Shown one piece after another: positions 8,885 through 16,193 of a DNA stretch of 64,000 nucleotides; the stretch's first letter is position 1, and each line of letters starts with the position of its first letter. Source of the stretch: a virus. The notes under the pieces are model-generated. The model had not been told where the DNA came from, did no database searches, and saw only the letters and a list, made by a program, of their open reading frames with translations. The stretch covers positions 23,452 to 87,451 of the IMG/VR virus record IMGVR_UViG_3300037502_000580; one strand, given 5' to 3'. The position numbers and the translations under genes are program-made.

Positions 8885-8968
8885 TCAAATCCCCCACACA
8901 TTTAAAAGAATCAGCCCACCGCACACGGTCAGCACTAGGAAATAAAAAATAAAGATCATCTGTCCCAT
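8885..8968 (-). CDS. 27-aa hydrophobic peptide
   Basis: MGQMIFIFYFLVLTVCGGLILLNVWGI after AAGGAG. Confidence 0.5.
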   Translation of the reverse strand: MGQMIFIFYFLVLTVCGGLILLNVWGI

Positions 8969-8978
8969 CTCGTTCTCC

Positions 8979-9290
8979 TTATGGTCTACCATCAGCGCCA
9001 ACCCAACCCATGCCGACATAGTCGCTAGGGTCTTCGTAGTTCTCAACCATGTCCATGTGGTCAGCGATTGTCCACACGGGCTTCTGCTTGCCGTCGAACC
9101 CGAACGCTCTCCACTTGTACAACGCGAACGGCACACATGACTTATGCTCTCCTCCTTTCATGGCATTAATCAATCGCCAATTCCAATGATCTGTTACTCG
9201 GTTGGAATGGTTGTATGCCCATGTCCATGGTTGTGGTCGTTTGCATGTCCACGGCTGTGGGCGCTTGCTGTATCTTTCCGCTCTGTTCAT
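8979..9290 (-). CDS. Hypothetical protein with KRPQPWT duplication
   Basis: ORF from MNRAERY. Confidence 0.55.
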   Translation of the reverse strand: MNRAERYSKRPQPWTCKRPQPWTWAYNHSNRVTDHWNWRLINAMKGGEHKSCVPFALYKWRAFGFDGKQKPVWTIADHMDMVENYEDPSDYVGMGWVGADGRP

Positions 9291-9291
9291 C

Positions 9292-9549
9292 TCACACCGC
9301 CTTTCCGTCACTTTGTGACACCTCACGAAGCCTCTGAACCAAGGCCACCAAACTCTCATCTATGCAGTCGTCATCACCGAACGCGCCCATGTCACCGTCG
9401 AACAAGGCAAGGAACTCGGCACACTCACCGCTAACTTCTTCAGCCGTGGCCTGCAGTATCTGCTCATCGCGGTTGTCGTCCTGAACCAGCAACGCAAGGG
9501 CATACGCCCGCTCTAACATCTCAATCAATCTATCCATACTCTCGTCCAT
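9292..9549 (-). CDS. Acidic hypothetical protein
   Basis: ORF in operon. Confidence 0.6.
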   Translation of the reverse strand: MDESMDRLIEMLERAYALALLVQDDNRDEQILQATAEEVSGECAEFLALFDGDMGAFGDDDCIDESLVALVQRLREVSQSDGKAV

Positions 9550-9550
9550 C

Positions 9551-9847
9551 TCACACCCCCTCGTTGACTAAACCGCCTTTGTTGTTGATGCCCACTGCCG
9601 CCTCGCGTGCGAAGGCAGAAGTGAAGTACATCGCCCCTTGTTTGTGTGGTGTTAAAACACACCATAACTTCCTATCCTGTCTTGCCTGCTCCTCGCCACA
9701 CTCAAGGCACACGCGCTTGCCAATCTGCCACCGGGCGAACTCAATGTAGTCACCGCACATGCGGCACTGCGGATCATTGAAGTCGCGGGTTTCTGGTTGC
9801 TGATGTGTGTGGTGTTGTTGGTACTGCGTTTTGGTTTGCATGCTCAT
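9551..9847 (-). CDS. Zinc-finger protein (DksA/TraR C4-like spacing)
   Basis: CRMC...CLEC; first gene after an ECF promoter. Confidence 0.65.
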   Translation of the reverse strand: MSMQTKTQYQQHHTHQQPETRDFNDPQCRMCGDYIEFARWQIGKRVCLECGEEQARQDRKLWCVLTPHKQGAMYFTSAFAREAAVGINNKGGLVNEGV

Positions 9848-9928
9848 CTCCAGGTTTGCGGGGTGTCACATTGTGACGACCCCAGGGGTTAAAGAAAAAT
9901 CAAACACAAAAACTTATCCCTACCCTTA

Positions 9929-9957
9929 TTGGACAACGAAACCTGATGATAAGTTCC
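9929..9957 (-). promoter_or_regulatory. SigmaE/AlgU-type ECF promoter
   Basis: Minus strand GGAACTT-ATCATCAGGTTTCGTT(16)-GTCCAA then TAAGGGTAGG. Confidence 0.8.
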
Positions 9958-9973
9958 CTAAAGCTGAATTAAA

Positions 9974-10357
9974 TCAAGGACTTACACGACTACCCACCCT
10001 CCTCTTTTTCTCCTCATCAAACAACACCCCGCTGAGCGCCTCGACCACCAGCATCCCCGTGGCTATGCCCATCGAATACCTACCATGCCCACGCCCTGCG
10101 GCATGCAGTCCTCGGTTGATAACTTCTCCTAAATTAAACTGCCGTACCATCTGCCCTACCGACTCCCCCTGCTCATCGAACTCCAGCCGTGCTATCTGTA
10201 AGTTGGGGTTGCACAGCCCGTACTCTTTGACCACACCCGCCAGCACATAGAACGCCTGCGCTTCGTACTCATAGGTGTCAAGTTGTTGTCGTAGCAGGGT
10301 TATTTGTTGTTGCAGTTGGTTTATTTGGTTTATCAGGTCTGCTCGTTCGTCTTTCAT
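9974..10357 (-). CDS. Hypothetical protein with N-terminal coiled coil
   Basis: ORF with ATGA overlap. Confidence 0.65.
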   Translation of the reverse strand: MKDERADLINQINQLQQQITLLRQQLDTYEYEAQAFYVLAGVVKEYGLCNPNLQIARLEFDEQGESVGQMVRQFNLGEVINRGLHAAGRGHGRYSMGIATGMLVVEALSGVLFDEEKKRRVGSRVSP

Positions 10358-11097
10358 TTTCTCCCCCGTATCGCACTGGCGATTAACTCGTCTAGTTTTA
10401 CCCTCAATAACTCAGCCACCACGGCATCGGCTAACTCATCTTCCTTGACCTCCACGGTTCGCAGTGTCTTCATCTCGTCTTTGACTGTCTTCACCTCATC
10501 CTTTAGTGCCCTGAGTTCCAGCTTTAGTTCCTTGATGTTGTCGAGAATCTGCTGACCCAGGCTGATCTTGGGGGCTATGTTGTTTGGGTTAGTTGCGTGG
10601 GTTGCGCCAGGGGTTGCGTTGCCCGTTGCGCCGGGGGTTGCGTGTTCTTGATTCAGTGGATCCTGCTCTAACTTCTCATTGACTCGCCTGTTGTGCTTGG
10701 TGCGCGGCCCCTCGGATAGTTGGCAGTGGGCGGGGTTCACACACAAGGGGTTGCGGCATACCCGTGTGATGCGCCCAAGGGTTGCGGGGTCTTGGTGCAG
10801 GAGGGTGTTCAGGCGTTTGAAGATGTAAGAGTGCGCGGGGTAATTCATGTACCGGGCGGAGCCTTGGTTCTTGTCGGTTGCGCCTTGCCATTCCCAGCAG
10901 GGGAGGCCTTTGGTTTGGGGGGTGAGTTTGGCGGCAAGGGCCAGCTTCACGGGGTCTGTCACGATGTGACAGTTCTGCCGAACCCAGGCGAGGAACTCGC
11001 TCTTTTGGGGGTCTGATAATGGTTGATCATCGCGTAGGGGAATTCCGGCACGGTCGATGAATTTGGGGTGTGGGGTGGTTTGGGGGACGAAACGCAT
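10354..11097 (-). CDS. HNH-like (His-Me finger) protein with C-terminal coiled coil
   Basis: CWEWQGA...AHSYIF...RVCRNPLCVNPAH. Confidence 0.7.
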   Translation of the reverse strand: MRFVPQTTPHPKFIDRAGIPLRDDQPLSDPQKSEFLAWVRQNCHIVTDPVKLALAAKLTPQTKGLPCWEWQGATDKNQGSARYMNYPAHSYIFKRLNTLLHQDPATLGRITRVCRNPLCVNPAHCQLSEGPRTKHNRRVNEKLEQDPLNQEHATPGATGNATPGATHATNPNNIAPKISLGQQILDNIKELKLELRALKDEVKTVKDEMKTLRTVEVKEDELADAVVAELLRVKLDELIASAIRGRK

Positions 11098-11130
11098 GGG
11101 GTGGACTCCGTGAGTGTGGGGGGAAAAGGG

Positions 11131-11158
11131 TTCGACAGGGGAGGCGTGGGGAAGTTCC
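11131..11158 (-). promoter_or_regulatory. Probable sigmaE-type promoter (15-nt spacer)
   Basis: Minus strand GGAACTT-N15-GTCGAA, 33 nt upstream of the HNH-like gene. Confidence 0.55.
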
Positions 11159-11162
11159 AGCG

Positions 11163-11470
11163 TGGTTTACAGATTGTAAACGATAGGGTAAATGGGGTGG
11201 GTGTTGTAATTTTGCGTCATAAATTTCTTTAATTTACTTATATATTACTAATTTGTTTGAGCTGAACATTATTATATTACCTTTTTTCTAAATTTCCGAG
11301 GAAAATCATGCGCGGAGCAAAAAATACCCCTTTTTTACGGTTTACAATCTGTAAACCAACGAAACGACATTTTTGGGAACGCCAAAACTGCCGGAAAAAA
11401 AGAAAAAAGGTAATATAATAGTAGTGTAGTAGTAGTAGTATAGTAATATATAAGTAAATTAATGAAATTT
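11163..11470. repeat. AT-rich nested inverted repeats, candidate replication origin
   Basis: 11221-11250/11441-11470 (29/30 match), 11270-11289/11401-11420 (20/20), 11163-11181/11340-11358 (19/19). Confidence 0.85.
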
Positions 11471-11643
11471 AATATCTCCTAAGCAATGCTTGTGCCAACT
11501 TTCGGGGGAGTGTCACAAAGTGACAAAAAAACTGCTTTTTTGCGGTTGATGGCGAGAATTCGTGCGATACCAGTTCCCCCTGCAAAGGGCCATGGATCCC
11601 TGCGGGTAAGATGTTCATGGGTGTGTCACATTGTGACAGGCGC

Positions 11644-11670
11644 AAAAAAACCCCAGGTGTTGCCTGGGGT
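11644..11670 (-). terminator. Rho-independent terminator
   Basis: Minus strand CCCCAGG-CAACA-CCTGGGG then T7. Confidence 0.8.
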
Positions 11671-11688
11671 GTTAAGGGTTGGGGTTGC

Positions 11689-12267
11689 TTAGACTGCTTC
11701 TTTGAGGAGTCCGTCTTCGATTGCCGCTTCTTCGATATCGGGCCACATGGTCAACAGGTTCTCGACCGCCTGGGGTTCGCACTGCGACAGGTGATTGCGG
11801 AGAACACGCAACGCTTCCGCTACTTTGTCATAGGATGTTGTACCCGAACCCGTCCCTGGCGCCGCTTCCCTAGGCGTGTACCGATCTAGCCCTAAGATCT
11901 CAACGCAGTAGGTCAAGAATCGGCTGTACTGCTCACGCGGATTACCGCCTGATTCCGAACGCGCCTTGACACGCTCGACGATTGCCGTCTTGATACCCTG
12001 GGCGTATTCCTTGTGGGTCTTCGCCTGTTCAGAGTTCTCCGATTTCAGGAAATCGACCGCACGCTTCGCTTCCTTGACGATTGCCGGATCACGCTTGCTC
12101 AGCATCGCGTAGTGGATCCACTCAGACCCGAACAGGTTGATTGCCTCGTGGGCGGAAGCACGCCACTGCGCCTTGATTGATTCTCTTGCCTGGGACTCGA
12201 TATCGAGAGCCTGGTCAACGATAGCGGCGAACACTGCGAACTTCTCAACGGTTGTTTGAACTTGCAT
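11689..12267 (-). CDS. Unknown early protein, paralog A (192 aa, MQVQTT...)
   Basis: ATG 12267 with GGAG RBS; about 70% identical to 13019..13603. Confidence 0.9.
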   Translation of the reverse strand: MQVQTTVEKFAVFAAIVDQALDIESQARESIKAQWRASAHEAINLFGSEWIHYAMLSKRDPAIVKEAKRAVDFLKSENSEQAKTHKEYAQGIKTAIVERVKARSESGGNPREQYSRFLTYCVEILGLDRYTPREAAPGTGSGTTSYDKVAEALRVLRNHLSQCEPQAVENLLTMWPDIEEAAIEDGLLKEAV

Positions 12268-12338
12268 TTTTGAATCTCCTGGTAAGATGTCACAATGTGA
12301 CAGGGTTGGTTTAACATCATTACTGCGTCCTACCCTTA

Positions 12339-12367
12339 TAAGACAATGAAACCTGGTGATAAGTTCC
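12339..12367 (-). promoter_or_regulatory. SigmaE/AlgU-type ECF promoter
   Basis: Minus strand GGAACTT-ATCACCAGGTTTCATT(16)-GTCTTA then TAAGGGTAGG; palindrome abuts the -35. Confidence 0.75.
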
Positions 12368-12511
12368 GTCACAGTGTGACAAGTCCAGGCGCAACTGGCG
12401 AGGCATTGCTGGGTGATGGCGAGAATTCGTACGATACCAGTTCCCCCCGCGCAGGGCCGGTGCATGCAGGCAGTGTCACATTGTGACGGGTCAGTGCAAG
12501 AATTTCGGGCG

Positions 12512-12538
12512 AAAAAAAAACCCGCCGATTGGCGGGTT
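12512..12538 (-). terminator. Rho-independent terminator
   Basis: Minus strand CCCGCC-AATC-GGCGGG then T9. Confidence 0.8.
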
Positions 12539-12556
12539 ATGTGGAGGGGGGCGGAC

Positions 12557-12778
12557 CTAGATTTTAAAGAGGGTTCCCCGTCTGAGGTTCCCGTATCTGA
12601 TCATGATATCGGTAAACCCATCTGCCTTCAGTGCCTCAGTATCGCGGGAGCTGAGGTATCCGTGAACCTTCATACTCTCGGCCTTGAAATCTTTCCCGGC
12701 CTGCCAATCTGCCATGGCTTCCTTCGCGTTTTTGTAGTCACGGCCATATGCGGGGGATACAGTTAAAAGGTTAATCAT
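12557..12778 (-). CDS. Small phage protein (PAYGRDYK...DWQAGKDF)
   Basis: Start moved to MINLL after AGGAG. Confidence 0.7.
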   Translation of the reverse strand: MINLLTVSPAYGRDYKNAKEAMADWQAGKDFKAESMKVHGYLSSRDTEALKADGFTDIMIRYGNLRRGTLFKI

Positions 12779-12803
12779 TGTTTTCTCCTGAGATGTTAAA
12801 GGG

Positions 12804-12959
12804 TTAAAACCAAACTTCATCTTGCACACCATCACGGAGGCAGAAGGTCTCGCATGCGTCTGCAATGACCCCGAGGTTCCCGATGATGGGCAGATGGGCG
12901 ATGAAATTAAAAAGATATCCGATGGGTGATTTCAGAAATGAAACGATATGTTTTTTCAT
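12804..12959 (-). CDS. 51-aa hypothetical protein (not in ORF track)
   Basis: Hand translation MKKHIVSFLKSPIGYLFNFIAHLPIIGNLGVIADACETFCLRDGVQDEVWF; GGAG RBS. Confidence 0.55.
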   Translation of the reverse strand: MKKHIVSFLKSPIGYLFNFIAHLPIIGNLGVIADACETFCLRDGVQDEVWF

Positions 12960-13018
12960 GGCTAAATTCTCCGATTAGGGTTAAGACCCCCGTCACGATG
13001 TGACGGGGGGAAGGGTTA

Positions 13019-13603
13019 CTACACCGACTCTTTCAGAAGGCCATCAGTCACTGCGGCTTCTTCAATGTCTGCCCACATCTCTAGGACATTCTCCACGGCC
13101 TGAGGTTCACATTGGGGCAGGTGGTTTCTCAGGACACGCAAGGCCTCTGCGACTTTATCGTATGAGGTGGTGCCTGAACCTGTGCCGGGGGCTTTGGCCT
13201 CTTTCGGCACATAGACATCAGTCAGGCCTGCGGCCTCCACCGCATAGGCCAGAAACCGACTCCATTGTTCGCGGGGATTTCCGCCATCCTCTGAACGGGC
13301 CTTCACGCGATCAGTCACTGCGGCCTTGATGCCTGAGGCATACTCTTTAATCGTTTTATAGGTCTCAGAGTTTACGGCCTTTAACTCTGCCACCTTGCGT
13401 TTGGCAGTCGCGGCAATGGCCTCATCGCGTTTGGAAAGCATGGCGATGTGAATCCATTCATTACCGAATAGATCGATGGCCTTGTGTGACATGTCACGCC
13501 ATGCGGCCTTAATCGCGGCAGAGGCCTCAGACTGAAGGTCAAGGGTAGCGTCAACAATGGCGCCGAAGGATACTAGCTTTTCGTTTGTCGTTTGTACTTG
13601 CAT
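13019..13603 (-). CDS. Unknown early protein, paralog B (194 aa, MQVQTT...)
   Basis: ATG 13603 with GGAG RBS; paralog of 11689..12267. Confidence 0.9.
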   Translation of the reverse strand: MQVQTTNEKLVSFGAIVDATLDLQSEASAAIKAAWRDMSHKAIDLFGNEWIHIAMLSKRDEAIAATAKRKVAELKAVNSETYKTIKEYASGIKAAVTDRVKARSEDGGNPREQWSRFLAYAVEAAGLTDVYVPKEAKAPGTGSGTTSYDKVAEALRVLRNHLPQCEPQAVENVLEMWADIEEAAVTDGLLKESV

Positions 13604-13673
13604 TTTTAAATCTCCAGAAGGTGTCACATCGTGACGGGTTAAGGGTTACTAAGGTTTTCTGCCCTAGTGACGG

Positions 13674-13702
13674 TTGGACAATGAAAGCCGGGGATTAGTT
13701 CC
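13674..13702 (-). promoter_or_regulatory. SigmaE/AlgU-type ECF promoter (first promoter of the early arm)
   Basis: Minus strand GGAACTA-ATCCCCGGCTTTCATT(16)-GTCCAA. Confidence 0.7.
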
Positions 13703-14033
13703 CTGACATGTCACGATGTGACGGGGTACCGGACGGGGGCACCCCCCGCCAGCGAGGGGGGGATGGAGCCTCATGACATATTAAACCGCACGACCAATCT
13801 CAACTTTTTCAAACTCCCCCCTCCCCTATGTTAGTCTTCGCTAACTTACCCGTACCCCCCATTTCCCCTAATACCACCCCCTTGTTTTCTGCTGGAGTCC
13901 CGGCTCCTTCGGTGCTATATTTTTCTGGGGTAGGTAGTCGGCGCGGCGACTCTAAACAGCCCGTAGCTCCTTTGGCTGGGTGCAAATGTAAAAATCCTAC
14001 CCCCCTACTATTTTTTGTGTTTATAATCCGCGC

Positions 14034-14657
14034 ATGCAACTACTTGAACCGGAAGTAGGCGTGGACGTTCCAGAGTCCAACTTTAATTTTCAAGACGTAT
14101 ACGAGAAAGCTCGTATCGCGTGCAATACTGCTTTGGAATTAAACCAACGTGGTATGCCTATCGAGATCGATAAAGAAGATGAACTCTTTGCTGAGAGGAT
14201 CATCAAGGAAGAGATCTCAATCCCCACCAACTACAATTTCTCTGCTGGTACCGCAGTAAAACTCGGCGCACTGCTGCAAGAGTACGACGTGCAGGTTGCC
14301 AAAAGTGCTGCCCAGTTACGTACCGTCTCCACTAACAAACTCATAGAAATGCTAGACGACCCAGACCCCAAGGTCAGGCTTAAGGCTATTGAGTTAATCG
14401 GCAAGATTGCTGACGTGGGTCTCTTTGCTGAGAGAACCGAGATAACCATAAATCACAAGTCAACTATCGAGTTGCAGCAGGAGTTGGCTAAGTTAGTAAG
14501 TGACTATGTGGATGTGGAAACCAAGTTAGTAACAAGTGACACGGAGGAAGAAGAGGAAGAAGATGGGGCACCACGAGAAGAGGAAGAAAGAGAGAGCGCT
14601 GGCACGCAAGAAGGAGATGCAGAAGCTGCTAGAGACGAAACTGAGGAAGACAAGTGA
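14034..14657 (+). CDS. terS: Probable terminase small subunit
   Basis: Directly upstream of and overlapping TerL; RLKAIELIGK...VGLF motif. Confidence 0.6.
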   Translation: MQLLEPEVGVDVPESNFNFQDVYEKARIACNTALELNQRGMPIEIDKEDELFAERIIKEEISIPTNYNFSAGTAVKLGALLQEYDVQVAKSAAQLRTVSTNKLIEMLDDPDPKVRLKAIELIGKIADVGLFAERTEITINHKSTIELQQELAKLVSDYVDVETKLVTSDTEEEEEEDGAPREEEERESAGTQEGDAEAARDETEEDK

Positions 14658-16177
14658 TGGGGGCCAACGAGACCCAGAACCTCCTCGACCCGGAGATTCT
14701 CAAAAAGATCATCCCAAAGCTGCCGCCTGAGAAGCAGATCGCTGCCAAAGTTCTCATAGAGGAACTCAAAAACCGCAAGTACAAACAACTTGCACAGAGT
14801 AACTTTCTCACCTTTGTAAAACATGTTTGGCCTGAGTTCATACATGGCAAGCACCATGAGATCATGGCTGATGCGTTTGAGAGAGTTGCCAGGGGTGAGT
14901 TAAAGAGGCTCATCATCAACATGCCACCACGGCATACAAAATCTGAGTTTGCCTCTTACCTGCTTCCATCTTGGTTCCTGGGTAAGTTCCCACAGAAGAA
15001 GGTCATACAGACCTCGCACACGGCTGAGCTTGCTACAGACTTCGGTCGTAAGGTGAGAAACCTTGTGGACAATCCGATGTACAAAGAAGTGTTTACGAGT
15101 GTTGCACTGCAATCAGACTCAAAGGCCGCTGGGCGATGGAACACAAACCACGGCGGTACGTACTTCGCTATTGGTGTGGGAGGCGCGGTAACAGGTAAAG
15201 GTGCTGACCTGCTGATTATTGACGACCCGCACTCAGAACAAGAAGCCATACTGGCGGAAGTTAACCCAGACATATACGATAAGGTCTACGAGTGGTACTC
15301 CTCAGGGCCACGGCAGCGTCTGCAGCCAGGGGGAGCTATTGTCATCGTTATGACCAGATGGTCAAAGAGAGACCTGACGGCACAGGTAGTTAAGGCCTCT
15401 GTGCAGCGTGGGGGAGATGAGTGGGAGGTCATTGAGCTTCCCGCGATACTGCCAAGTGGCAAGTCTTTGTGGCCCGAGTTCTGGAGTCTGGATGAGTTAA
15501 GCGCTCTGAAAGAAGAACTTCCGGTGCATAAATGGATGGCGCAGTACATGCAAGCGCCTACCGGAGCAGAAGGTGCGCTGATAAAGAAGGAGTGGTGGCA
15601 GACCTGGGAGCATGAAGACCCCCCATCTTGTGAATACATAATCCAGTCTTGGGATACGGCGCATACAAAAAGTACGCGGTCAGACTATTCTGCCTGTATA
15701 ACGCTGGGCATATTCACAACCGAGGATGCAGGGCCACAAATTATTCTGATTGATGCTTTTAAAGACCGGCTGGAGTTTCCAGAGTTAAAAGCCAAGGCGC
15801 TTGAGAAATACAAAGAGTTCCAGCCAGACTGCTGCATTATTGAGGCCAAGGCGGCAGGGGCACCCCTTCTACAAGAGTTAAGGCGCATGGGCATACCGAT
15901 TCAGGACTATACGCCGGTGCGTGGGAACGATAAGATTACTAGGGTCAATGCGGTAGCGGATCTATTTGCCTCAAAAATGATCTGGGCACCGAAGATGCGT
16001 TGGGCTGAAGAAGTTATAGAGGAGTTTGCATCTTTCCCCGCTGGGGAGCATGATGACTTGGTTGACGCTATGACACAGGCGTTACTTAGATTTAGGCAGG
16101 GCGGTCTAGTTCGCCTACACAGTGACGAGCCTGATGAGCCACGGGAGTTCAGGCGTCGGGGCAAAGCATATTACTAG
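14654..16177 (+). CDS. terL: Terminase large subunit
   Basis: MPPRHTKS Walker A-like, LLIIDDP Walker B, SWDTA and HDDLVDA RNase H-like nuclease motifs. Confidence 0.95.
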   Translation: MMGANETQNLLDPEILKKIIPKLPPEKQIAAKVLIEELKNRKYKQLAQSNFLTFVKHVWPEFIHGKHHEIMADAFERVARGELKRLIINMPPRHTKSEFASYLLPSWFLGKFPQKKVIQTSHTAELATDFGRKVRNLVDNPMYKEVFTSVALQSDSKAAGRWNTNHGGTYFAIGVGGAVTGKGADLLIIDDPHSEQEAILAEVNPDIYDKVYEWYSSGPRQRLQPGGAIVIVMTRWSKRDLTAQVVKASVQRGGDEWEVIELPAILPSGKSLWPEFWSLDELSALKEELPVHKWMAQYMQAPTGAEGALIKKEWWQTWEHEDPPSCEYIIQSWDTAHTKSTRSDYSACITLGIFTTEDAGPQIILIDAFKDRLEFPELKAKALEKYKEFQPDCCIIEAKAAGAPLLQELRRMGIPIQDYTPVRGNDKITRVNAVADLFASKMIWAPKMRWAEEVIEEFASFPAGEHDDLVDAMTQALLRFRQGGLVRLHSDEPDEPREFRRRGKAYY

Positions 16178-16193
16178 GGGTTAAGGACAGATT

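Larger units (their letters stand above)
11548..12447. repeat. 33-bp direct repeat GATGGCGAGAATTCGTRCGATACCAGTTCCCCC (11548-11580 and 12415-12447)
   Basis: One mismatch between copies; marks the boundary of duplicated cassettes. Confidence 0.85.
2564..13723. repeat. Dispersed 15-bp palindrome YGTCAC-N3-GTGACR, 20 perfect copies plus one single-mismatch copy
   Basis: GTCAC core starts at 2565, 2824, 3438, 4706, 5233, 6133, 7280, 7922, 8197, 9307, 9865, 10958, 11512, 11625, 12289, 12368, 12475, 12992, 13623, 13710; mismatch copy GTCGC-ATT-GTGAC at 4168. Confidence 0.95.

Noticed and set aside
12268-12465. 66-aa N-terminal extension of paralog A in the ORF track
   Set aside because: It crosses the promoter and palindromes; the paralog alignment and RBS place the start at 12267
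13486-13497. GTGAC-AT-GTCAC inside paralog B
   Set aside because: Reverse half-site order and 2-bp spacer; single copy, absent from paralog A
2564-13723. Palindrome as matS, CRP, parS or a CRISPR-like repeat
   Set aside because: Half-site order is reversed relative to matS, spacing and sequence differ from CRP and parS, and copies are irregularly spaced and intragenic with no cas genes
14536-14730. Highly basic ORF across the terS/terL junction
   Set aside because: Alternative frame of the GAA-rich acidic tail of TerS
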